Source: a bacterium (GTDB taxonomy: Bacteria > Joyebacterota > Joyebacteria > Joyebacterales > Joyebacteraceae). From it: a stretch of DNA of 64,000 nt. The stretch covers positions 148,266-212,265 of the forward strand of contig JALGZK010000001.1 in assembly GCA_025774935.1 (NCBI GenBank), written 5' to 3'. Positions 38,274 to 46,443 of the stretch are shown piece by piece. The number at the start of each line of letters is the position of its first letter. The stretch's first letter is position 1. The notes below the pieces were generated by a model that was given only the letters and a program-made list of their open reading frames with translations, did not search any database and was not told where the DNA came from. The position numbers and the translations under genes are program-made.

Positions 38274-39527
38274 ATGAAGAGGACTCGTTTGCTGCTGCTC
38301 AGCCTCGTGGCCGTCGGCACGGTGCTGTTCTTCGTCGGTTGTGACCTTCTCGAAGAGGATGAGATCCCCGTCAGCGCTGATCTTCTGTTCGCGAGCGGCA
38401 TGAACGATCTTCAGGGAGAGCTGACCGAGCTGAACCTCGAGAACCCGATCTGGGACTGGGATGTGAACGTCTCCGGTCCCCTCAGCGACTTCGAGGACGC
38501 GCTCGATGCCGACCCCGAGCACTGCGGGGCCCTCCTGATGGCGGGCCTGACGAGGCTCATCGAGGTAGTGACGGATCCCGACCTCGCGGACATCCTCGAG
38601 GACATCTTCGGCGGCGATGTCCGGGCATCGCACAAGTTCCCGCTCATGTGGTACGTGGACGTTCCCGGCGCCGTCGATGCGAAGCGGGTGCTCCAGTCGC
38701 TCGACCACAGGCGCCAGGACCCGTTCGAGATCTCACTCCTTCAGGAGTACATCGAGGACGAGGTCATTCCGGCGCTCGAGTACACCGAAGGCAACCTGAT
38801 GGACTTCCAGGACCTCGACTGCGAGGTCAACCTGGAGATCCCGATCGAGGACGCCTCGCGCGACACCATGTGGATGCTCGTGGATCTCGACGCGACCGAC
38901 GTGGCCTTTGCGATGGCCCCGCTGCACGCGATCATGGGCGCCCTGGAGATGATCGTCGCGTACAACATGGACGTGACTCAGGGCCAGACGCTCGAGGAGC
39001 TCCTCACGACGGATCCGGACTTCCTGAGTCTCAGGGCCGGAAGCCACATGCCGACCGCCTTCGGCTACTTCAGCGACATTCACGACGACCTGAGCGACGC
39101 GTGCACGATGCTCCAGAACGAGACGGGCGATCAGACGTTCGACCTCATCACGGAGCTCTACTGGGACGGGGGGATGTACATCGTCCTCGAGGACATGTTC
39201 GGACCGGCGCCGTGTGACACGATCCGGGCGTACGCGGACCTGATCTACGACGCGCTGAACGAGCCGATCGTCATCAACCCGTCCGACGAGGAGCCGGGAG
39301 CTCCGGACATCGACATCACGATCGACGTCTCGCAGTTCTTCAACGATCCCCTCGATCCGCTGACCGACTACTTCCCGGAGTTCGTACCGGTCTGGCCGGA
39401 CCCGAACGACCTGGACGGTGCGTTCGTCGAGCCGGTGAACTTCCCGGACCCGACGTTCGAGGGAATCCTCCCGGGCATGTCGAACGCCGAATGGCAGGAG
39501 ATCATCGACTGGCTGGACGAGACGTAG
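38274..39527 (+). CDS. Highly acidic lipoprotein of unknown function (417 aa)
   Basis: ATG 38274 is preceded by GGAGGAGGAGGA. Lipobox (LFFVGC|DL). The whole mature protein is extremely D/E-rich with several Cys residues. It has its own promoter and a downstream hairpin. Confidence 0.65.
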   Translation: MKRTRLLLLSLVAVGTVLFFVGCDLLEEDEIPVSADLLFASGMNDLQGELTELNLENPIWDWDVNVSGPLSDFEDALDADPEHCGALLMAGLTRLIEVVTDPDLADILEDIFGGDVRASHKFPLMWYVDVPGAVDAKRVLQSLDHRRQDPFEISLLQEYIEDEVIPALEYTEGNLMDFQDLDCEVNLEIPIEDASRDTMWMLVDLDATDVAFAMAPLHAIMGALEMIVAYNMDVTQGQTLEELLTTDPDFLSLRAGSHMPTAFGYFSDIHDDLSDACTMLQNETGDQTFDLITELYWDGGMYIVLEDMFGPAPCDTIRAYADLIYDALNEPIVINPSDEEPGAPDIDITIDVSQFFNDPLDPLTDYFPEFVPVWPDPNDLDGAFVEPVNFPDPTFEGILPGMSNAEWQEIIDWLDET

Positions 39528-39598
39528 CCCAGCCGCCGCGCTCTGTCCGATCGAGCGAGAGGCCGGACCGCCGGGGGAAACTTACGGCAGCAGTTGCA

Positions 39599-39628
39599 GA
39601 CGCGGGCATCGACGACGGTGCCCGCGTC
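39599..39628 (+). terminator. Perfect 10-bp GC-rich hairpin (GACGCGGGCA … TGCCCGCGTC) downstream of the acidic lipoprotein gene
   Basis: Stem 39599-39608 pairs with 39619-39628, with a 10-nt loop. There is no U-tract, so it is a terminator or RNA-stability element rather than a canonical intrinsic terminator. Confidence 0.4.
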
Positions 39629-39675
39629 GTCCGTTCCGGGAGTGCAATGTTACGGTCCTCGGGCACGAGGTGTGC

Positions 39676-39704
39676 TTGACTTGGAGGACGCGCGCACATA
39701 GGAT
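39676..39704 (+). promoter_or_regulatory. sigma70-like promoter (TTGACT-17-TAGGAT) for the SbcD-like/SbcC-like/CHAT operon
   Basis: -35 at 39676-39681, 17-nt spacer, -10 at 39699-39704. GGAGG at 39731-39735 precedes the TTG start at 39741. Confidence 0.45.
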
Positions 39705-39740
39705 TTCAGACGAAAGCGCACTGCCCTCCCGGAGGCACCG

Positions 39741-40883
39741 TTGCCCGTTCTCGTCCACACCTCAGACGTCCACGTCGGCGCGCCGCTCGGCTGGCTCGGC
39801 GACCGCGCGGCCGAGCAGCGAGAGCAGATCCGGCGCACGTTCGCATCGATCGTCGACCTTGCGCTCGAGGAGAAGGCCGACTGCCTTCTGATCGCCGGTG
39901 ACCTCTTCGATTCCGGCGTCCCGCCGTCATCGGACGTCCGGCTCGTCCTGCAGGAGATCGGGAGGTTCACGAGTCAGTCGGAGGGTGCGGCGGTCATCCT
40001 CCCGGGCTCGCACGACTCGCTCGGGACCTCGTCCGTCTACACGAGCTACGGCGATGAGTTCGCGCGCGTCCCCCGGCTCTTCATCCTGGGCGACGACGAT
40101 CGGACGACCGTCGATCTCGCGGCCCCCGGAGTCTCAGTGCGAGGGACCGCCCTCCGCTCGAACCGCTCCACGTCCCATCAGCTAGCGGGCCTCGCGCCGA
40201 GCGCCGACCTTCCGTTCAGCGTCGCCGTCGCGCACGGCTCCGTGAACGTGGTCCCTGTGGATCCGGACGATCATCCCATCGAGCTCGACGAACTTGCCGC
40301 GCGGGGGTGGGCGTACTTCGCCCTGGGGCACTGGCACTCCTGGCGGGAGATCGAAGGCGCGTCGGCGCCGGCGGTGTACGCGGGGGCGCCGGAGATCATG
40401 GCAGTCGATCAGACGGGGGCCGGGTACGTCGCGGTCGTCCACCTCGGCACGGACGGAGCGACGGTCCGGAAGCACCGCGTCGGTGTGAGGTCGGTCGCAG
40501 GACTCGCCGTCGACGTGGGCGAGACGGCGGACGCCTCGGCGTTCGCCGCACGCGTGCGCGAGACCGTCTCCCCGGACCCCGACACCATACTGAGGCTGGC
40601 TCTCTCGGGTCTTCTGGCCGTCGACTCCGGGTTCGACGAGTCGACCTTCACGGAGGCCATCCGGGGCGACTACTTCCACGTCGTGCCGGGCGACCGGACG
40701 TACCACCTCCGGCTCGACGGCGACGACCTGGCGCGTCTGCCGGAGCGGCTCGTGATCGGCCAGTTCGCGCGCCTGATGAAGAGGCAGCTGGACGAGACGA
40801 CGGGCGAGGAGCAGAGGCGCGAGATCGAGGACGCACTCCAACTCGGCGTCGCGCTCCTGCAGGGGAAGGACGTTCTCCGGTGA
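39741..40883 (+). CDS. Mre11/SbcD-like calcineurin-fold metallophosphoesterase (nuclease)
   Basis: Metallophosphatase motifs I-V (VHTSDVHVG; IAGDLFD; ILPGSHD; VAHGSV; ALGHWHSW). TTG start. Confidence 0.8.
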   Translation: MPVLVHTSDVHVGAPLGWLGDRAAEQREQIRRTFASIVDLALEEKADCLLIAGDLFDSGVPPSSDVRLVLQEIGRFTSQSEGAAVILPGSHDSLGTSSVYTSYGDEFARVPRLFILGDDDRTTVDLAAPGVSVRGTALRSNRSTSHQLAGLAPSADLPFSVAVAHGSVNVVPVDPDDHPIELDELAARGWAYFALGHWHSWREIEGASAPAVYAGAPEIMAVDQTGAGYVAVVHLGTDGATVRKHRVGVRSVAGLAVDVGETADASAFAARVRETVSPDPDTILRLALSGLLAVDSGFDESTFTEAIRGDYFHVVPGDRTYHLRLDGDDLARLPERLVIGQFARLMKRQLDETTGEEQRREIEDALQLGVALLQGKDVLR

Positions 40884-43057
40884 GGATCCGTCGCGTCAGA
40901 CTTGTGAACTTCCGGCGGTTCCGCGACCGCGAGGTCAGCTTCGGCCCGGGACTGAACCTGATCGTGGGTCCGAACGAGGCCGGCAAGAGCACGATCCTAG
41001 ACGGAATCGCGACGGCTCTCTTCTGCGACGTCGCGTCGACGGCGAAGGCGGTGAAGGATCTCGAGCGCTGGGGCTCGAAGGGCGCCATGCGCCTCGAGCT
41101 CGACTTCGAGCACGACGGCGAGATCTACCGCCTGCGGAAGGACTTCGGGGCTCGTCGGGCCGTGCTCGAGAAGGGGGACGGGTCCGAGACTCTCGGCGAC
41201 AGGGGAGAGGTTGAGGCCCGTCTTCGCGAGATGGTGGGATTTCGGGAGCAGCAGGCGTTCGAGTCGGTGGCGGCGGTCCGACAGGGAGAGCTCGCGGCTC
41301 TCGAGGGAAAGGGGGGGAAGTCGAGACGCTCGGATCTCCTTCCCATGATCGAGAAGAAGATGACGAGCTCGAGCGGGGCGACCGACGCGGCGGGGGTCAT
41401 CGGACGACTTGAGAAGTCGATCGCGGCAATGGGTGTGGGGGTCAAGCGCCTCGCCGACCGGCCGGGACCGATTCGATCGCTGATGGACCAGGAAGAGGAG
41501 CTCGCCGAGAGGATATCGAGGTCGGGTAAGGCGTGGGCCGACGCCGTGAGGACGCGGAAGGAACTGACGTCGGAGCGAGCAGATCTCGCGAAGGCGGAGC
41601 AGCGCCTCGAATCCATCGAGGGAATGCTCGAGTCGGAGGGTGCGAGGAGCAGGTACGTCGCGGAGCTCGAGGACGTGCGGCAGAAGCTCTCCCGGAACGC
41701 CTCCGAGGTCGGCAAGCTCCGGAAGCTCAAGACCGACATCGCCGAAGCCTACGAGGGCATCGACGGGACCCTCCCGGAGCTCGGCAAGACCGTGGAGGAA
41801 GCGAAGCGCGACTTCGATGCCGCGGGAGAGAGGATCGCGAAGCTCGAGGAGCGATCGCCGGCCGGCGATTGGAGGACCGCCTCGAAGCGACCGGGTGCCG
41901 CGGCCATCGTGCTCGGTGCCGCCGCGCTCGCGCTCTTCTTCGCGCCCGTCTACGCGCCGATCCCGCCGGGTGTGCGCCTGTGGCTCATCCTGGGCGGGGC
42001 CGCGCTCGGTGCGCTCACGGTCTACTTCTTCCGCAGGGGCGCCCGGCTATGGGGGTTCGCGCACGACATGCAGCGCGAGCTCGGGGAGAAGGAGAGGGCC
42101 GAGAGGTCGTACCGGGAGGCGCTCGGCGCTGCGGGCGTCTCCACGTACGAGGAGTACGGCCGCCTCGCCGCCAGGCAGCAGGAGCTCCACGCCAGCATCC
42201 AGAAGTGGAACGCGCTTCTGCAGGAACAGACGGGGGAGGGAGACGCCGACAAGTTCGAGGAGAGCTTGCTGACTGACGGCGCCGCCCTCGAGCGCCGCGC
42301 CGGTGAACTCGAGGAGAAGCTCGAGGAGAGCGGTGGCGCGGAGAACGTCCTGTCCCCTGTCGAGGCGGCGCGGCTGAGGAACGAGAGGAACGGACTGCTC
42401 GAGACGATCGACCGTCTGCGGAAGAGCACGATAGCGAAGGAGGTCCGGCTCGAGGAGGCGGCCGTGGACACGGCCCTGCCGGACCTGGAGGCGCGTCGTG
42501 AGAACGTCGCGCGCGAGCTCGCGCTCGTGCTCCGGAGGGAGCGCGTGCTGCGGCTCGCTCACGAGGGACTCCTCACCGCGCTCGACAGAACGAAGAGAGA
42601 GGCCTCGACGGCCCTTGCGCCGGTGGTGTCCCGCGTGCTGGGCGGAGTGACGCTCGGACGATACTCGGACGTCAGCGTTGCGACCGATCTCGAGTTCAGC
42701 GTGAAGAACCCGGACCCGGTCGAAGGTGCGCCTCCCACTCTCGGCGGGGACGAGCTCAGCGCCGGGACGATCGACCAGTTCTACCTGGCCGTCCGCTACG
42801 CGCTGCTCGAGTTCCTGTCCGGACCGTGTGGAGCGCCGTTCCTGCTCGACGACGTGCTGGTGCACTTCGATCCGGAGAGGCGGGATGCCGCGATCGGCGT
42901 CCTGCGGGAGATCGCGCGCCAGCGGCAGGTCATCATGCTCTCCTGTGAGAACCACGCTGCCGAATCGGCGGACGAGGTCGTCCGGCTGGACGGAGTGAAC
43001 GCGGGGAGCGCGTCGCCCGGAGGCGAGGCGCCTCAGGAGGTGCCGCGTGAGAGGTGA
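40880..43057 (+). CDS. SbcC/Rad50-like SMC-type ATPase (AAA_23) with a two-helix transmembrane hairpin in the middle of the coiled coil
   Basis: GTG 40880 overlaps the upstream stop (GTGA). Walker A (GPNEAGKST), a long coiled coil, signature/D-loop region (LSAGTIDQFYLAVRYALLEF … FLLDDVLVHFD). Two hydrophobic segments (AAIVLGAAALALFFAPVYAPI / LWLILGGAALGALTVYFF) sit where SbcC normally carries its CxxC zinc hook. Confidence 0.75.
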   Translation: MRIRRVRLVNFRRFRDREVSFGPGLNLIVGPNEAGKSTILDGIATALFCDVASTAKAVKDLERWGSKGAMRLELDFEHDGEIYRLRKDFGARRAVLEKGDGSETLGDRGEVEARLREMVGFREQQAFESVAAVRQGELAALEGKGGKSRRSDLLPMIEKKMTSSSGATDAAGVIGRLEKSIAAMGVGVKRLADRPGPIRSLMDQEEELAERISRSGKAWADAVRTRKELTSERADLAKAEQRLESIEGMLESEGARSRYVAELEDVRQKLSRNASEVGKLRKLKTDIAEAYEGIDGTLPELGKTVEEAKRDFDAAGERIAKLEERSPAGDWRTASKRPGAAAIVLGAAALALFFAPVYAPIPPGVRLWLILGGAALGALTVYFFRRGARLWGFAHDMQRELGEKERAERSYREALGAAGVSTYEEYGRLAARQQELHASIQKWNALLQEQTGEGDADKFEESLLTDGAALERRAGELEEKLEESGGAENVLSPVEAARLRNERNGLLETIDRLRKSTIAKEVRLEEAAVDTALPDLEARRENVARELALVLRRERVLRLAHEGLLTALDRTKREASTALAPVVSRVLGGVTLGRYSDVSVATDLEFSVKNPDPVEGAPPTLGGDELSAGTIDQFYLAVRYALLEFLSGPCGAPFLLDDVLVHFDPERRDAAIGVLREIARQRQVIMLSCENHAAESADEVVRLDGVNAGSASPGGEAPQEVPRER

Positions 43058-44549
43058 TCGCTGCCCGCGCTGCGGGGCGCGTCTCGAGCTCGTCGGTGAG
43101 CGGTGGGACTCTGGAGACGGTCGAATAGGCCGCACGCTGCGCTGCGGCAGTTGCGGCGGCGTGTTCGACGCACGAGGAGGCGGTCCCGGGGGCCAACGAG
43201 GCCGGCCTGCCCCGGCCGCGTGCGCCGCAGCGGCGCTCCTCTGGGCCGTGGTCCTCCTCGCCGTTCTGTGGGTGGTTCTGAGACTGCTCCCGTACGGTGG
43301 GCGAGCGCAGGTCTACCGTGCGGCGTCTGCGTTCGTGGAGGGCTTCCTCCACCCGCTGTGGTTGGCGGCGCTCGTCCTCGCCGGCGTCGCGCTCTTCCTG
43401 TGGAAGCGGCGGGCGTCTCGCGTGGAGCTGGCGCCGGCCGCGGCGGTGGCGCCCGACGTCCATCTTCGTGCCGAGCCGCCCGGGAAGATCACCGCAGTGA
43501 TCTCCGACTCGCGTGGGGCGGCGGTGCGGGACTTCGTCGTCGAGCGGAGCCCTGAGGCCGAGGAGCGCATACTCGCGGGCCTCCGCGAGCTGGCCGCCAG
43601 GAGCGCCGCCTTCGACCACGCGCGGGAGGGCGGAGCGACGGACCGTACCGCGTCCCCCGAGGAGGTGGCGGAGACGCAGCGCCGGATCTACTCCCTCGGG
43701 CTCGAGATCGGCGTGTCGCTTCTGGGAGGCGACTCGGGAGCGGGGCCCAGGATCGCCGATCTGCCGGGCGATCATCTGCTGCTCAGGATCCAACCCGAGC
43801 TCTCGCGCATTCCCTGGGAGCTCCTCGTGCCGCGCCCCGGGGGGCAGTTCCTGTGGCAGCTCTTCCACACGTCCCGACAGATCCGCACGGAGACCGCCGG
43901 ACGGACGGCGGGAGCGAGACGGTGCGCTCCCCTCAGGGTGCTGCTCATGGCGAACCTCGAGGCCGGACGCTCCGGCCGCGATCTTCCGCACGCCGAGCGC
44001 GAGGCGGCCGAACTGCTCGAGCTCGCTGCGTCGCGCCCCGACCTCCTCAAGGTCGAGAGGAAGTCGCCGAGGACGCACGCGGAGTTCGCGACACTCCTCT
44101 CGGAGGGATTCGACGTCGTCCACTTCGCGGGTCACTCGCTCGGTAGCCACGCGGGGGCGGGGTGGGATCTCGGTGAGGGGGAGGGTATCACCCTCGACGC
44201 ACTCGGACCCTGTCCGGAACGGACCCCTTCGCTCGTCTTCGCGAACACGTGCGGCACGGACGGCGGCGATGTGGGAGCGGAGAGCCGCTCCTGGGACGCG
44301 GCCCGTCACTTCCTCGAGTGGGGCGTCCAGGCATACCTCGGGACGCTCTGGGACCTTCACGACGGCGGGAGCGCGAGGTTCGCCGGCGTCTTCTACCGGC
44401 GGCTCGCCGCGGGCGCCACGCTCGCGGCGGCGGTCTCGGCGGCGCGCTCGGCACTCCTCGGCGTCGAGCCCGTCACCTGGGCGAACTACGTCCTGTACGG
44501 GGACCCCGCGCTCGTCGTAGCGGCCGCCTCCGGGCCGATTCGGTCGTAA
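43047..44549 (+). CDS. Zinc-ribbon + 2TM + CHAT-domain (caspase-like) protein
   Basis: GTG 43047 is preceded by AGGAGG and overlaps the upstream gene by 11 nt. N-terminal CPRC…CGSC zinc ribbon, two TM helices, a CHAT domain with a His (VVHFAGHS) and Cys (LVFANTCGTDGG) dyad. Confidence 0.75.
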   Translation: MRGDRCPRCGARLELVGERWDSGDGRIGRTLRCGSCGGVFDARGGGPGGQRGRPAPAACAAAALLWAVVLLAVLWVVLRLLPYGGRAQVYRAASAFVEGFLHPLWLAALVLAGVALFLWKRRASRVELAPAAAVAPDVHLRAEPPGKITAVISDSRGAAVRDFVVERSPEAEERILAGLRELAARSAAFDHAREGGATDRTASPEEVAETQRRIYSLGLEIGVSLLGGDSGAGPRIADLPGDHLLLRIQPELSRIPWELLVPRPGGQFLWQLFHTSRQIRTETAGRTAGARRCAPLRVLLMANLEAGRSGRDLPHAEREAAELLELAASRPDLLKVERKSPRTHAEFATLLSEGFDVVHFAGHSLGSHAGAGWDLGEGEGITLDALGPCPERTPSLVFANTCGTDGGDVGAESRSWDAARHFLEWGVQAYLGTLWDLHDGGSARFAGVFYRRLAAGATLAAAVSAARSALLGVEPVTWANYVLYGDPALVVAAASGPIRS

Positions 44550-44641
44550 AGCCCGTCCGGGGCCGACGACTGCCCCGCCGTGACGCTCGTACTCCCGCGA
44601 AGAAGACCGGGCTCCCGAACGACTGTTGTATGAGGAGAGGA

Positions 44642-45274
44642 ATGTCCGCCTTGGCGAGCCGTGGAAAGATCGGTGCCGACGATGCGCGCATGATCGACCG
44701 CCTGAGGGCCGGCGAGTCCGAGGCCTGGGAGGCGTTCGTGGAGCGCTATCGGAAGCTCATCTACAGCGCAATCGTGCGATCGAACGCTCGCTTTCGTGCG
44801 GAGTGGGACGAGACGGCGATGGAGGAGATCTTCCAGGAAGCGGTCTTCAAGCTCCTGCGGAGGAACGGCAGAGCGCTCGCGTCCTGGAAGGGCGACTGCC
44901 GCCTCGAGACCTGGATCTACCGGATCGTGCGGAACGTCTGCATCGACGTACTGAGGAAGCGGTCGCGGCGCCGGGAGTCCGACGAGCTCCCAGAAGACGG
45001 TGAAGGTCGCGCGGTCGCGGGAACGCCACGCGGACCGGGGACGCCGGAGAACAGGGATCTCAGGATATCCCTCGAGCAGGCGATCGACCGCTCGCTGTCA
45101 TCGAAGGAGGCGCTCGTGGTCCGACTGATCTACTTCGAGGGGTTCACGTACCGGGAGGTCGCGGAACGCATGGGCGTGAGCGTGGGCGCGATGAGCGGTC
45201 TGGTCTTCCGCGCGCTCGCGAAGCTCCGCACGGACGGCGGAGTGAACAGGGAGTGGGAAGGGGAACGAGGATGA
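44642..45274 (+). CDS. ECF (sigma-70 family group 4) RNA polymerase sigma factor
   Basis: ATG 44642 is preceded by GAGGAGAGG. Sigma region 2 (…FQEAVFKLLRR…) and a region 4 HTH (…FTYREVAERMGVSVGAMSGLVFRALAKLR). Confidence 0.8.
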   Translation: MSALASRGKIGADDARMIDRLRAGESEAWEAFVERYRKLIYSAIVRSNARFRAEWDETAMEEIFQEAVFKLLRRNGRALASWKGDCRLETWIYRIVRNVCIDVLRKRSRRRESDELPEDGEGRAVAGTPRGPGTPENRDLRISLEQAIDRSLSSKEALVVRLIYFEGFTYREVAERMGVSVGAMSGLVFRALAKLRTDGGVNREWEGERG

Positions 45275-46149
45275 CGAAGGACGGATGTCCTGCGGGAGAA
45301 AAGCTCCTGGGACTCGTGCGGGACGCTCTCGACGACGGGGCGTCGAGTCGCGTCCGGGCGCACGTGAGTTCGTGCGAGGCGTGCCGGGAGCGAGCCGCCG
45401 GACTCGAGGAGCTCGTCGGACTGCTGGAACGCGCGGCGACGGAGCCGCTTCCTGACGATCTCGAGCCCTCCCGGGCGGCCTGTCCCGATCCCGAGCTCGT
45501 CGCGGCTTACGCGGACGGCTCATCGGACGAACACGCGTCCGCCCTCGTCGAGCGACACCTCGCAGGATGCGCTTCCTGTCTCGCCGAGGTCGCCGACCTT
45601 TGGCGCCTCTCTTCCGCCGGGAGCCCAGTCGACGCGCCAGACCGAGCGGTCAGCGCGGCAATCGCGCGTCTCGAGTCGGAGGCGCGGACCGCGATCGTAC
45701 GGTGGGCAGGCGCGACCGTCTCCGTGGTGAAGGACTTCGCGCGGTCCCAGGCGGAGGCCCTCGAAGGAGCTGGCCGAGGCGCGCACGAGCTCGCGCCCGC
45801 GTTCGCGCGGGGGAGCGACGAAGCCGTGCTGCTCTCCTGGCGCGGCGACGACGATCTCCTGCTCGAAGGCAGGATCGACATCCGAGGAGGAGGGCGTCCC
45901 GCCCTCACGGGGAGACTGACGCGTCTCGGGAGCCCCGATCTCAGCCTCTCCGCTGCCATGAGCGGGGACGGGGAGCGGCACGGCCCCGAGTCGCTGGACT
46001 CCGACGGGCGGTTCGGGCCCTGGGCCCTCGCCCGAGGCCAGAACACCCTTCGCGTCACTGGCAGGACCGTCGGCGAGCGGGGGCTCTCGCTGACGATCGA
46101 GATCACCGAGGACAACGCCGAGGATCCGACCGAGATCCCGGCCGAGTAG
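45271..46149 (+). CDS. Anti-sigma factor with two ZAS-type HxxxCxxC motifs
   Basis: ATG overlaps the sigma gene stop (ATGA). Motifs HVSSCEAC and HLAGCASC are present. There is no obvious TM segment, so it is a cytoplasmic ZAS-like anti-sigma. Confidence 0.6.
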   Translation: MTKDGCPAGEKLLGLVRDALDDGASSRVRAHVSSCEACRERAAGLEELVGLLERAATEPLPDDLEPSRAACPDPELVAAYADGSSDEHASALVERHLAGCASCLAEVADLWRLSSAGSPVDAPDRAVSAAIARLESEARTAIVRWAGATVSVVKDFARSQAEALEGAGRGAHELAPAFARGSDEAVLLSWRGDDDLLLEGRIDIRGGGRPALTGRLTRLGSPDLSLSAAMSGDGERHGPESLDSDGRFGPWALARGQNTLRVTGRTVGERGLSLTIEITEDNAEDPTEIPAE

Positions 46150-46443
46150 GGCCGCATCGAGGATTCCTCCTGAATCACTCCGCGGCCTCTTGAGCCCGTC
46201 CGGGCCGCTTTGAGCACACGCGCAGGTTCCTTCCTCTATATCACATGACATCCACTCTCACGTGCCGGACGGCCGGCTGAGCCCGCCATCGTGGCACACG
46301 ACTTGCATTTAGGGTGCGCACACGAGGTCTCTCGGGCGCGTGACCCGGAGGGGGTCGCGCGATTGAGAGGAACCGCCTTTCCCACGGGTGGTCCGGAGAC
46401 GCCTCGGCGCGCGCGGGTCGAGAGGGTCTCGGGGGGTTGCACG

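Noticed and set aside
44550-44641. ECF-type (GGAAC…CGT) autoregulatory promoter upstream of the ECF sigma gene
   Set aside because: A GAAC occurs about 25 nt upstream of the ATG, but this is too close to serve as a -35 for this gene. No convincing ECF promoter could be read by eye.
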